The notes under the pieces are model-generated. The model had not been told where the DNA came from. It made no database searches and saw only the letters and a list, made by a program, of their open reading frames with translations. Below are positions 12,776 to 26,241 of a DNA stretch of 64,000 nt, piece by piece; position 1 is the first letter of the stretch; every line of letters starts with the position of its first letter. The DNA is from Octopus sinensis (lineage: Eukaryota). The stretch covers positions 22,704,464-22,768,463 of the forward strand of contig NC_043011.1 of assembly GCF_006345805.1 (NCBI RefSeq), read 5' to 3'. The position numbers and the translations under genes are program-made.

Positions 12776-13111
12776 GTGCACTGGCTGTTGTTGTATATAG
12801 CCCTAGGTTTGCCTTGATCGAGCACATCAAATACCAAAGTAATTAAATAATTCCAACCCGTTTCTTTTAAGTAAAAGCTACCGAAGATAACATTTTCCAA
12901 ATGCATCCATCGCTTTTTATTTATATATATATATATAAGACAGATGTTATTTAAAGATTCGGCTGCTATTTTTAGTGAGTCGAGTGACCACGTAGAGGTT
13001 TGGTGGTGTATCATAGTGGTTTAGTCATATATCAGAGTCGTCAAGTAAGGAAGTAACTTGTATGTACCTGACTCAGGCAACAAGAGAGTAGGTTGTTCTC
13101 CAACACACGCA

Positions 13112-13170
<59 letters not shown>

Positions 13171-13284
13171 GCACGCACGCACACACACGCACACACACAC
13201 ACACACAAGTGCACGCGCACACACACTGGTGGCAGAAAATAAGCTTGGTTAAGTGCCATGCTGTCTTCATTCCTTAGCTATATA

Positions 13285-13377
<93 letters not shown>

Positions 13378-13696
13378 ACACACACACATATATTTTTTTG
13401 TTTTGCTTTGTTGCTTTTATTTTTTTTTTCTACACCTGTCTACGTCACAACATCTATTTCACACGTTCCTATGTTACACACTACTTTCAGCCTTCTTTTC
13501 TTTCTGCATCCTCACTTCATCTGTGTTTGTGATGGAGTGAGGGAGAACAAGGAGTATGGATCTCCGTCGGTTTCGATGATGAGTGTTCCGTTGATTTTTC
13601 TATCAACTTAAGCCGCCTCTTCATTGAATTAGCGAAACGTGTACCCTTGACGTGATTCTCAGGCAGAATCAGTGTGACAAGGCTGAACCTTTAATT

Positions 13697-13796
13697 NNNN
13701 NNNNNNNNNNNNNNNNNNNNNNNNNNNNNNNNNNNNNNNNNNNNNNNNNNNNNNNNNNNNNNNNNNNNNNNNNNNNNNNNNNNNNNNNNNNNNNNN
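13697..13796. other. Assembly gap (100 N)
   Basis: Run of N. Confidence 1.
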
Positions 13797-13799
13797 TAG

Positions 13800-14372
13800 A
13801 TGGATTTCTTTTTGGACTCACAAACGGCATTGCAAGCTTTTAACGTATAACTGATGACAATCGAAAAAGGAATCACAGCTCACAGCTTACTATTCACGAT
13901 GGATACCGAAATTTTCTAGAAACTCTGTTCTCTAGTTACTGCTAAATGCTTTCCTCTCCCCTTTTCAGCTCTGCAAGCTTATGAGAATCTACAGTAGGAC
14001 ATTGCTAACTTTGCTGTGAAAGTTAATGAACCTACGATGCCACCAGTGGTTACGACCAATGTTTCATATCGTATTATTGCTGCTGCCCTATATCGTTTGT
14101 GACTCCCAGTAGCTTTCTATCTATGAACACTTTCAGTTTGTGAACAGAAACATTCTTCTGTGGACAGAGAAGCTCATGGTATTGTCGAATCTTTAAAGAA
14201 GTGGAGCCACTATCTACTTGGTCACCGATTCCAGCTGATCGGAAATCAGTTGCCTTCATATTTTGATAATAGACGAAGCAGTAAAATAAAGAACTGAGAA
14301 AATAATCTTTGACATTTAGAACTCTCCTGCTTTCAATATGACATAACTTTTATAGGCCAGTAAAAAAGACCA
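13800..14372 (+). mobile_element. Ty3/gypsy pol fragment (RT end and RNase H), degenerate
   Basis: FGLTNGIASF.R; HSSVDREAHGIVESLKKWSHYLLGHRF; KSVAFIFD...KIKN; LELSCFQYDI.YRP. Confidence 0.85.
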
Positions 14373-14630
14373 TGGGGTTGTACCTAGAAAGTTCCCTTCA
14401 AAGGCACAAGCCTGAGCAAAGTTGTTTGTGTGCAAGACCTTCATCCAAGGGAAAAAGAAAAGCCGATACAACTTGGCACCAGCGATGTCACAACTCATTT
14501 CTACAGCTGATTGAACTGCAAGCGAAATAAAGTGTCTTGCTGAAGAACACAACACACAGCCCAGTCTGGAAATCGAACTCACAACCTCACGATTGTAAGC
14601 CCAACGCTCTAACCACTGAGTCATGCATTT
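14370..14630 (-). mobile_element. tRNA-derived SINE, third family (relatives at 41697-42030 +, 58620-58880 -, head at 32070-32390 +)
   Basis: tRNA-like A/B boxes (tggctcagtggttagag ... gagttcgattcc) and a shared body. Confidence 0.8.
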
Positions 14631-15146
14631 TCACGTACATGATAATATAGAAAATAAGGTTGTCTGAGATTTCTTTCCCATTGATTGCAAATATTTCTTA
14701 GTGTTTATCTAGGGCAGTGTGAATAACTATGAGAAAATTGAAATGTCATGCCGAGTACTTCATTATCTTGTTCCTTTTTTTTTTATCCTTGATAAAATGT
14801 AAAATATATTTATCCATCCATATAAATTTGAGATAATTCCCATAACCCTTGGGAATGGGTATTTGTTGGCTTAGTTATAAAATTCTTGTAAATGTGTAAA
14901 AAAAAAAATAGAGAAACAAATTTTTGTCCTAATGGCAAATCAACACAATTCTTTTTTATTTATAAGAAAAGTCATTCAGCGTATGATTAAGATTGCTTGA
15001 TGTGAAACTCTATGACTTAATTAAATGCCAGGGGTCAATTAAGATTCAAGAACAAGTTAGGTTCTTTTCGTTGTCATTTAACTGGAAATCAATCCTTATT
15101 GAGCAGACATTATGTTTAAAGATGTTCCAGTTGTGATCAACCAATA

Positions 15147-15180
<34 letters not shown>

Positions 15181-15473
15181 CAGAAATAGTGAATTCAAAA
15201 CCACATTATCCAATGTCTCCATCCTCTTTTATGTTGCTAACAAGTCGTTTGAGGATAGTTTGGTTACTATTCTATTTCCTCAAGCACCAACATAGTGGAA
15301 ATGTGCTTGGGCCCATATCAAGTTATTTGGAGGAGTCCTAAACTTTATGTCTGAAACAAAATTCTTCAAACAAGTACTTAACAGTTTCTTTCTTTCTTTT
15401 TTTTTTTCTTGCTTTTTTTGCACATATGCTAAAAAGGAAGGAATTCAGTCATCTTAATACATAAAAGTACATG

Positions 15474-16750
15474 TACGAGGGTGGTACCGAAAGCCATGCA
15501 AAAGTAGCTTTAACTTTTTATTAACTGATATAGGTCGTTCAAAGCACACGTTATGTTAATAGAGTAATTCTTCCTCTACAGTAACCCTTCTTTCTCTTCT
15601 TCATTGCAGGCAAATAATGGGTTCTAAGCAGAAGCAACATGTCGTCATTGAGTCCTTGCTGAAGGAGGGGTGCAGACTTTTTCGAACATGTACATGTTTA
15701 AGATGACACCATTGTCAAGAGTTATGGATGAAGTTTAAAGGTGATGAGCTGGCAGAAACATTAGCACGTCGGGCGAAATGCTTAGTGGTATTTTGTCTGC
15801 CGCTACGTTCTGAGTTCAAATTCGGCCAAGGTCGACTTTGCCTTTCATCCTTTCGGGGTCGATTAAATAAGTACCAGTTACACACTGGGGTCCATATAAT
15901 CGACTTAATCTGTTTGTCTGTATCCTCTGTGTAGCACATTGTGGGCAGTAAAGAAATAAGATGGATGAAGTTTAAAGGAGAGACAAAGCAAACAGTTGAA
16001 GATTAACTGATACCACTGACACAAATCACCAGCGAATGAAAGGACATGGGTCAGAATCTGAGCTTATTACACGATTCGACTGTCATCACAATGCTTTACA
16101 GAAGATGAGAGAAGACTTTATGTATCAGAAAGTGTGTGAAAAGTGGGTATATCAGTACTTGACACCTGATTTGAAGGCGAGAAATGTGGAAGTCTGCTTT
16201 GAACTATTGAAAGCATTTGAAGCCAATGGCGATGCATTTTTTTCTGATCTGGTGACAAGGGATGAAACGTGGTTGAATCTTTGATCCAGAAATGAAGGAT
16301 CACTCCATGGAATGGCATCACACCTCTTCTTCAAGGGCCAGGAAATTCAAGAGCCAGTGATCGACATAAAAAGTCATGGTGACTGTGTTTTGGAATGACA
16401 TTCTCATGATTTTCTGAAATGTGGCTGTACCACGAGCGATACTTTGAGACACTCAAAAATGTTATAGAATCCATTAGGAGCAAGTGAATGAACAAAAATT
16501 TGAAAACACTCCACAATGAAATTGCACAACCACATTCATCTTTGAGAATAAATCAGGCAATCAACAAACTAAATTGGTCAGTAATCCTCCATCACCATAC
16601 TGCCCGGATCTCGTGTCCTCCAGCTTCCACCTGTTCAGTTCAAAGCAAGGAAATCTTTGGGGACAATTTGATGACATAGACAAGATGCAAGTGGCTGTGA
16701 AGAAGTGGATATAACAGTGCACAATTGAACTGGGTCAGGATTGGAATGCT
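15474..16750 (+). mobile_element. Degenerate mariner with a nested SINE
   Basis: TAcgagggt terminus; KVC.KWV...LT, VTRDETW, and HP.Y.PDL-like motifs. Confidence 0.8.
15742..15960 (+). mobile_element. Nin-domain SINE with an 18-bp target site duplication
   Basis: atggatgaagtttaaagg at 15724-15741 and 15961-15978. Confidence 0.9.
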
Positions 16751-17029
16751 TTTGATGATATTAAATTGAAAAACATTTGTCAAAGTATGGGTATCCCGGA
16801 TAGTAAAACCTGGGATGCTCTTATGTTGTACTCACAAAGAGGAGATATGTATATAGACAAAGAGCTCAACATGAGTATATTATTGATACTCTATCAATAC
16901 AAGAAGGATGAAATGCTAAATCAGTATAAGTTATTGTCCACTTAACTATAATCTGTAAATAGAGACACAAGCCAACAAGTGAGTCATCAGGGCATTTAAG
17001 AAAGTCAAATTCTTAGTAGTTTGCTCCAA

Positions 17030-18580
17030 TGCATCTGCCATACATGAAGTATGCCTTCTCTGTTATTTCACATCTTTCTTGCATCCATATGGAGTCTAGT
17101 CTATACCTATACCTTTTGGGTATATCAAGCATGGCCATTTCTGACAATACCAAAGTCCTGTCTTCTTTCTTAATTACTAAAACCTTAGTCTTTGCTTAGT
17201 TTACCATAAAACCGCTCAATTCTAGGTTTTACTTCTATACCTGTAATTTCTTCTCCAATTCTATGTGATCCAGCTGTAAGAACCAGATTATCAGCATACA
17301 TCATTTCCACTGTGATGGTCAGTATATTTAGGATAAATAAGAGTACTGAGCTTTGATGAACCACTACATTCGTGATAAATTTGTTGCTAAACTCATCAGT
17401 AACTCTTACTTTAATGATTGCACCTTTGTACATAACTTGAGCAGCTTTCACAAGGTGTTCATCAATAGCTAGTTTCCTTAATGACCAGAAGTTTAAAGTA
17501 TGGCACTTTATCAAAGACCTTCAAGTTAGAGAATGAAAGATACAATAGTTTCTGCCAAGTGAGCCTTTGTCATTTCAAATATAAATAATCCAATGACATC
17601 TTGGTTTTCTCTAACACTGTCTTGTGATCCTGAACACAATATAACATGTGCAAGTCTCTTCTTTTCTGCTTCTTCCCTCAGCATATTTGTCACCTAGCTT
17701 CCCTAATAGCTACTTCATAATGCTCTCTACTTCTATCTTTCTTCCATAATTTCCAAACCTGTTTTTACAGCACTATTTACTGTGTTATTCTATCACCTTC
17801 GGTTTGCTTGCGATCTTACATCAGCCACACATTTGGTCTGTAGTTTTCAATAGATTATTTCATATCTATCTCCTCCCTAGTCACATACATCACTTAGAAT
17901 TTCACTGAAAATATGACCAAATGCAGATTCTTTTAGCATCTGTATCGACAAGTCATTCACCACAAAAGTTGAGGCATTTACAATGGCCTGACTATCACGT
18001 TTCTTAATGAGAGGAGATAAGATCTAAGACTTGCTTGCCAGATTTGTAGGTGATGAAAGGCTGGTCAATTTCTTGAAGTATGTGCAGTAAACTGTTGGAG
18101 ATCAGTTGCTTCACAGAACTCCAGGAGGATTTACATTTCTCTAGAAGCCATCGTGGTTTTGACCAACATGCCTGTTAAAGTCACTAATCACAATAAGGAA
18201 GTCATAATTGTTGTTGAAGAAGCCCACAGAAAGGTCTCATAGGAACAGTACTTCTGTTCATCTGTCAATCCTGATTGTAGATCGTGTGCAAAGATAAATG
18301 TTGCTGTTCTCTTAATACTCTTGTCTGGATTATCCCATCCCTCACTTTAACTCAGTTGCTTTATCTATCCATTTCTCGGCAAACACTATGGCTACACCTT
18401 TTCTACCATCACTGTTACTAACCCAGAAGAATTTGTATTGCTGCTTTTTGGCAGTGATTGTTTTGGCTGAGGATCCTTTCCATCATATCTCTTGCACACA
18501 GCCACTCAAGCATCTCCACAATCTCACCAGAGCTTACCTTTCATCATGCCTACACTAAGGACTGCACCATATCTTGCTGA
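17030..18580 (-). mobile_element. Old RTE-clade LINE (endonuclease and RT remnants)
   Basis: WSLRKLAIDE.LV.A.Q.MY, YAD.LVL, plus APE-like remnants; same family as 32409-33980. Confidence 0.8.
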
Positions 18581-19171
18581 CAGCTTTAATTGAAATGTTA
18601 TCAATCACTCAAACTCAAGTGCTTTGCTACACAAGTTGTTGTAAATACTGTTTACAACTGTCATCAATATGGTTGTTATTATTTAGATATATATGTACGT
18701 ACACATGTGCACATGAATATTTACTTTCTGTGTCAGCAGTGATGTCAGGTTATACTTGGTAATAAAAACTGGATTACAGACTAGACTTGTTGGGAGATTA
18801 ACTCACTAAGTAATTGGTAGCCATCATTAGTTTAATGTAGTTTAAGAAAATGTATCAAAGTAAGGATCAAGATCAATTACTACAAATAATTCAAATAGGG
18901 AAACTAACAAAAAAAAATTACAAACAACATTAATTTAACCAGAGTCTGTTTTATTTATATAGAATTTTGATACATATTGGCCTTTGGTTGTACACAATGT
19001 TTTGGGAAATTTTATTATTCTGCTAGATGATTTCTTTTTTGAGGGACATTTGACAGCATATGCACACATACACACACATATTTTTTACATACCAGATAAC
19101 TATATATGCATGCATGCGTGTGTGTATTTTCCTACACATATTAGTAATAAATGTATGCATATATATGTATG

Positions 19172-19227
<56 letters not shown>

Positions 19228-19281
19228 CACACACACATGTATATATCTATATGTATACAGCCATATATATGTTTACATGTC

Positions 19282-19318
<37 letters not shown>

Positions 19319-22300
19319 AATGCATGTATGAAGAGCTAAGATATCAAAGAATACATATAAAAATTTATGGAATCAAACAAGAACAATGACAAAGAAAACC
19401 GAATGTAACTCATCATTCTCATTCTATAACAAAACTACACTTAACCTAACACCAGGTTAGTACTATCACCTGGCCTATGAGTGCCTATTCAGGTCAAGTT
19501 GTTGGTCTGTGAAATTTACTAGTTCCTCAGGTTCTAAAAGAGATTAGGGAGTACTTCACTTCCTATGCTAAACTACTAGGGAAAAAAAATACTAACAAAC
19601 ATTACTGTGTCAGATAAAGACTTGCAGTGGTGTATGTTGGCCAGATAAGAAAATCTATTCAATAACTAAATAGTTTTAAAGTGACTATGAGAATTCTAAT
19701 ATTTTTTTTTAACATTAATATTATCCACTTCATATTTCCTTGAATTTTGATTTCTTTCATCTACAGGTAACGTACACCTTCCCATGCTTGGATTTGATCC
19801 AAACTTTAAAAGTTCATGGAAAACTGCAGTGCAGAATTGTATTGGTACTATCAGAGAAAAATGAGAATCATGCCAAAATTGTTCTTTACTCTTGAAGTTA
19901 GGAGCTTTACATGACTATTGTACATGATAAATATTTTTAAAATTAATAGAAATAAAGAACAGCCTCATAGATATGACAACTTGATAAATCTACCTGCTAG
20001 ATTAAACACATTAACATAGAATATCTAAATGAGATGAAAATATTGCTTAAGATCATTTTTAATTAAAAACAAGAGGAGATTAACCTAAGTAATGTTATCT
20101 ACTACATTTATCATCATTTAAAAAAAATTGTTTTATTTAAAATTGTTCTTAATCACGCACTTAGAGATAAACAAAACCATAGTTAATACTAAAAATACTA
20201 CTAATAATCACACACACGCAGAAAGAAATAAGTACACCAACTTTTTTTTTTCCATTTATGTCTGAGAAGGAAAAAAAATGAAAGTACTTTCTGAACAAAA
20301 TGTTTAAAAAGCCATGTAAAGAGATAACTCCAATGAAGTAAAAACACTTCGGGAATTTTCGTTGTATGGCACAAGAAAATTTACAGAGGAAAAAAATCTA
20401 GAGTTATGAGAAGTGAAGCACAAATCAAATATTAATCATTTTAATTACTGAGGAACATGATGGATGATAGCATTGTGCTAATTGACTGAAGACGTTCTAG
20501 CTACAACCTACTAGAAGACATGCAAAGATCTTCAGCCATACCAAAAAAATCCAACTGCAATCAGTGAGACAGCCTCTACATGGTTACTTGACTTGCTAGA
20601 AACAGCAACCAAATCTCCATTTAGGGGATAAAAAGAAAAAAAGAGACAGGGATGTTGATGATTGGAATGCCTTTGAACATAGGCCTGTTCAAGCAGGGAT
20701 AACTTAGGGCTAAATAGCAACATTGTGACTAACAGGAGAGCCTCATCATAGTTACTCAACCTGTTAGAAACAGCAGCAAAATTTATCTAAAAAAAAAAAA
20801 AAAGGTGACATTATCTAATGTAATCTCAATAAAGACAGCATGATTAAAGTTTCAATGTCTTGAGTATATGTGTACTTGATCAGGGTTGACTTGGGACAGG
20901 CTTCTAAACCAACCTTGAAGAATGAAGGTTATGATCGTGAACATACAAAAAAAAACAGTTCAAACATTTTTTATAAGTTTAATAGTCATGGTGTGAATTA
21001 AATACAAACTTTTCTACAATATAATAACCAATCAAGCAACTACTTCATTAAATTTGGGTGTACATATATCTCTTTAAAAACTATTTTGAGCAACTATGCA
21101 TAAAATTTTAAAATTATTCATGGTAAATTGGTCCAGATTTAAGATGTCAGCTATGAAACATCTATAAAACTTTTTTTTAAATTAATGGCTCCATTAATTT
21201 AACACAGACATTCACATTGCAAAGATATCTTTAAATAATCTATTCCATTATATGTACTTAAAAAAAAATAAAACTGACTGGACACTTTCACAATACACTT
21301 CATGCAACCTTATACAATTTAGAAAGTTACTAAGCAATTGCCTTGGTAACAAATTTCACTAAGCTGAGCAGGTGTCTGACAAACAAACAATGACATAGAT
21401 TTAAACACAACCAGCACACCCGCCTGTTCATGCACACAAAAAGCAGTGTTGACTGAATCAATCCCCCTGCATATTACTGCTACTTCCTTTACTAACCTTA
21501 GAGGAATGAAAAGTTAAATTGATTCTGATTGGATTTTAATAGATAGGGCCAAAACTCTCATGTTAACAACATACAAAACATCTCTATTATATGAATATTA
21601 AATCGATTTCAGTATTCAACTGATAACTTTTATTTTATTGACCCTGGAAAGATACAAAGCAAAACTGGCTTCGACAGGATTTGAACTCAGAATGTAAAAA
21701 GCTGCAAACTAAATATTGCAGAAATTTTGTCTGATGCTCTCCTGATTCTGCCAGCTGGGAAAGAATGTAGCAGATCAAGCCAAAATGATATTTTGTAGCC
21801 ACGATAGTCTGAATGTAACTATCATGAGAGGAGGATAGGTTAATATGAGGGTAATTTGTACAGGATATAATTAGTTTGTTTTTTTTTGGAAAAACAAAAA
21901 TATTATATTAATTGTAGCTTTGATAATGGTGTTTATGAGGGGAAAACGTCTAATAAGGCTATAATGGCAGTCAGGGGTAGAGTGGAGAATGGATGGGGAG
22001 GGCATTCTCATAAGATAAATAAAAGCTTATCATTTAATAGCTGATGCCTGTTATATCAATATAGCCAGACACAGATATAAAAGTAGTTTCAGACAATATA
22101 AACATTATGAAGAAGTAGATTATTAATGTATATAACTGAGAAAGAAAGAAAAGATGAAATGTAAATGAATATGATTATTCATAAAATTTCACTAAATTTT
22201 ACAATTAAAAAAATAAATAAAAATGTTGAGGGTATGGTAATATGGAGATTTTGAGGCTATTTTTCTTTCCTTCTTTTCCTTTTTATCAGAACCACTGGCT

Positions 22301-22325
22301 TCAGTTTGACAGAATAGACTACATA

Positions 22326-22435
22326 TTAGCAGCAATTCTGCACACCAGGTGCTTTGCGTACTTTTACTGTGCCGTCAGCATTGCCAAAATATGCTACTTT
22401 CGCCAAATTCAAGAACAGACCAGTTTCAACAACAC
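22326..22435 (-). CDS. RPIA: RPIA last coding exon (GVVETGLFLNLAKVAYFGNADGTVKVRKAPGVQNCC*)
   Basis: GVVETGLF motif; ttcag acceptor; TAA stop at 22326-22328. Confidence 0.96.
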
Positions 22436-23066
22436 CTGAAAGATAACAGAAAATAAATAAAAAAAGAATTGTAAATAACAAAACTGCAAACATCTTCAAT
22501 TTGATTTCAATGCTTATCCTCATGGTTATGAATGTCTGGTAATGACTGAAAGAGTATGTGCGAATACTAATGGCCTAAACAGGGTTTCTCTGAAGGATTT
22601 CTAGAGTAACGTTACTCTACAGGGTATTTAGCTTGGAGATCAAAGAGTCTTTCCAGGTCAAACCACTCCTCTGGTACTATAGACATGAGGTTAAACTATT
22701 GAAGGAAACGGATTTCTTCAAGTTGAGACAACTGGAAGAAGCCCTAAGGGTGAAGCAAGAACAAGATAGTTGGATAATATCCACAGTCTCAGTTGGTTAC
22801 ACTTGGGATTCCAGCAAGAAAGTGTAAATGATAACTGCTTTTTATAGTAGTTATGGAGAAAGCACTTTGAGGATTTTACTCCTGTTATCCTTCCAGAAAT
22901 AGTGGGCAGAGAAGATGGATGGATGGATAGACTGTATCAAACGAGGTAGTAGCAGTGGTATAACGATCATATCTAGTTATCTACCAATATCTGGATTTAC
23001 TGAACTCTTTCGACTGATTCATAATCAAAGTTTGACTTTTTGCTCACTTGGAATGTCCCCACCATA

Positions 23067-23510
23067 TTAACCCTTTTGTCACAGTATTATTTTGAGATGC
23101 TCTGCGTTTCTTTCAATTACTTTAAATATAACAAAGAATTTAGTAAAATAACTTAGTTATCATTCAGCTAGTGTTAGGGAACATAAACTGTGACTAAGGT
23201 TTGGTGGAAGATTTTAATTCAAAATTTATGGAAACAAGACATTTGTACTCAGGGCCAGAGCCAGTTTCAGCCAGGTTGGTAACAAAAGGGTTAAATCATT
23301 AACCTTTTAGCATTCAGACAACTCTGTCAAATGCAATGCTGATTTTTTCACATTCATTTGAATTAGTCATGCATTATCTTGTAACTTTGAGCTTTCAATG
23401 ACATGATTGTTTATTTCTAGAATAATACTGTAAGGTAAGTGTAAGAGGCCAGATCTGGTTAGTTTGAACATAAAACTGATAAAATATTTTGGCCGGATAT
23501 AGCTGGTTTA
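23067..23510. mobile_element. Two adjacent TTAA-specific piggyBac-type MITEs
   Basis: TTAAcccttttg...caaaagggTTAA (23067-23294); the second starts TTAAccttttagcattcag at 23299 and is related to 56140-56367. Confidence 0.75.
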
Positions 23511-23944
23511 ATACTATTATTCTATCGCTCAGTTACCACTCCGTTTTTACGGGGGGAGGGGGCCAGTCAATTACATCAACCCTAATACCCAACTGGTATT
23601 TATTTTATCGACTACAAAAGGATGAAAGGCAAAGTCAACCTCAGTGGAATTTAAAGTCAGAGTATAAAGACAAATGAAATTTTGTTGAGCATTTTGCCCA
23701 GCTACAAGCAGATATAATCGACCCACTGTGGTAGCTCATCCAGTAGGAAATAACAACCAAATTTCTTGCCAAGATATACCCCTAAATAAAGATTGTGTGG
23801 TCATGGCTGGAATAACTCTGATAATAATATCTGCTTGATCAGAATTGGTCTGGGGTGGCGGAACAACACACCACCAACAACAAACAAAATGGAATGTAAT
23901 TACTTGATGTATTTTAGAAAGGTGCATGTCCAAATTAGATTTAC

Positions 23945-24044
23945 CTGGAATCAATTTAATTGCAGTATTCACCTCCACCCAGTCAGCATGTTCTTCAAAT
24001 AGCCAATCAAGGACAAAATTACCATTATCAGTAACAATTGGGCC
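23945..24044 (-). CDS. RPIA: RPIA penultimate exon (GPIVTDNGNFVLDWLFEEHADWVEVNTAIKLIP)
   Basis: GP.VTDNGN..LD motif; ttgcag acceptor and gtaaat donor; 100 bp. Confidence 0.97.
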
Positions 24045-25307
24045 CTGCAATAGAAAAATATAAATACATAAATGTTTTACCCTTTCGTGGCTATATTTCT
24101 TACAAAATACCATGTTTTTTTTTTTTTTTTTTTTTTTTTGGGGGGGGGGGGGGTCAATCATCATCATCACCATTCATTTTCCATGCTGGCATGGGTTAAA
24201 TGGTTTGAGTGGAACTAGTAAGCTGAAGAGCTGCACCAGGCTTTAGTCTGTTTTGGCTTGGTTTCTACAGCTGGATGCCCTTCCTAATGCCAACCACCCC
24301 ATAGCGTGTACCAGGTGTCTTTTACGTGTCACCAGCACTGGCTACAACTATGATTTCACTTAGCTTGATGTATCTTTTCAAGCAAGGAAAATTGCCTAAA
24401 GTCTTGGTGACTTCTCATCATCTCCATGAGACTCAACATCCAAAGATCATATTTCACCATTTCATCCCATATCTTCCTGGGTTTACCTCTTCCACAGGTT
24501 CTCACCACAATTAGAGATCGGCACTTCTTTACACATACACACACACACACACACAAATGTGTGTGTGAGTGTATTAATGTTTCCTTGCTTTGGCATCACA
24601 TGACAGTTGTAAGAGAGTTTCACTGTCGCTCATTTCCAATCTTCCATGGAAACATGTCTGGTCACAGGGAAATATTACTCTACTCAGAAACAGGTGAGGG
24701 TTGGCAACTGGAAGGGCATCCACCCATAGAAAATCCACCTCAACAAATTAGGTCCAACTCATGCAAAGCAAGGAAAAATGTATGTTAAAACATTAGTGAT
24801 GATGATGATGATGATGAATCAACAATTTTTATGACTACAACAAGTTAGTGTTTGCAACAAGGAAGTCTAAGGCTTCAATTTCAATATGGATATTTTAAAA
24901 CAAGCTTTATATCACAGAGCTAGAAGTGATCACAAATAAGTAGGTGCCAAACACATGAAATTTCATGTTAAAAGTCACATTTTACTTTAACAACCAATCA
25001 GAATTCTGTTTACATAGTCAGTTTGATCGGTCACCTTCCTCTGTTGGTTGAGCAAAGTGTTATTCAAGTTGATGTTTATTGATAAATAAACTTATTTAGC
25101 AATACTTGTGAGTATTTATCAGCTTTGTTTTTGTTGATAGGAATTATCAACAACTTTTCCTGTGACTGTGATTTGAGAAGACATACAGAAGTATGCTATA
25201 TATATAATGTATGTATGTATGTATATATATATATATATATATACATACACACAAATATATATACATACATACACACATACACATATATGTTCATATATAT
25301 ATGTTTT

Positions 25308-25345
<38 letters not shown>

Positions 25346-25539
25346 GCTTGTTTCAATTTCCATCTGCCAAATCCACTCACAAGGGGTTGGTCAGCCTGAG
25401 GCCATAGTAGAAGACACTAACCCAAGGTGCCACCCAGTGGGACTGAACCTGGAACCATGTGGTTGGGAAGCAAGCTTCTTACCACACAACCATAATAAAG
25501 TATTTACACATTTTACATACACAAATCATAAATACTTAC

Positions 25540-25681
25540 AGCTTTGTACTCAGCCATTCGTAGTTTAGCCACTCCACCAAGCATAGCTTCAATTTTTAGT
25601 TTCACTGGTCGATAAGCAACTGGCAAGACTTCAATAGGAACTCCACGCTTCCACTTTTGGCCAAGGTTTTCAGAATCTTTT
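25540..25681 (-). CDS. RPIA: RPIA internal exon (RKDSENLGQKWKRGVPIEVLPVAYRPVKLKIEAMLGGVAKLRMAEYKA)
   Basis: G(V/I)PIEV motif; tgtag acceptor and gtaagt donor; 142 bp; phases match both neighbouring exons. Confidence 0.97.
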
Positions 25682-26054
25682 CTACAATAGGCATAAAAGA
25701 AAAAAATTTGTTTTCACTTTGTAATCCAGATAATAAATAATTTATTCAAAATATAGATATATATTTAAAAAAAAAAAAATAAAAGAAGTTACATATATTG
25801 AATTGAATATATAAATGCATCATCATCATCATCATCATCATCGTTTAGCGTCCGCTTTCCATGCTAGCATGGGTTCGACGGGTCAACTGGGGTCTGTGAA
25901 GCTGGAAGGCTTCGTCAGGCCCAGTCAGATCTGGCAGTGTTTCTACGGCTGGATGCCCTTCCTAACGCCAACCACTCTGCGAGTGTAGTGGGTGTTTTTT
26001 ATGTGCCATGCATAATACCGTTATATTCGTGAGTGGGGAGTATGTGTGTGTGTA

Positions 26055-26108
<54 letters not shown>

Positions 26109-26190
26109 GGTCCGGGTTGATTCGGGGTTAACCACAGTAAATAAGGTACTCAATACATAGTAGAGTAAAATTAATTTATTATATAGAAGG

Positions 26191-26241
26191 AGCTTCTACA
26201 GGACTAGAACTGTTTCATTCAAGAGAAATCTTCAGGAAGCT
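26191..26241 (-). ncRNA. Identical hammerhead ribozyme motif on the opposite strand
   Basis: Exact reverse complement of 30241-30291, within a 103-bp inverted repeat (26174-26276 / 30206-30308). Confidence 0.75.

Noticed and set aside
23736-24173. 145-aa ORF as a standalone gene
   Set aside because: Only 23945-24044 is an RPIA exon; the remainder is intron read-through.
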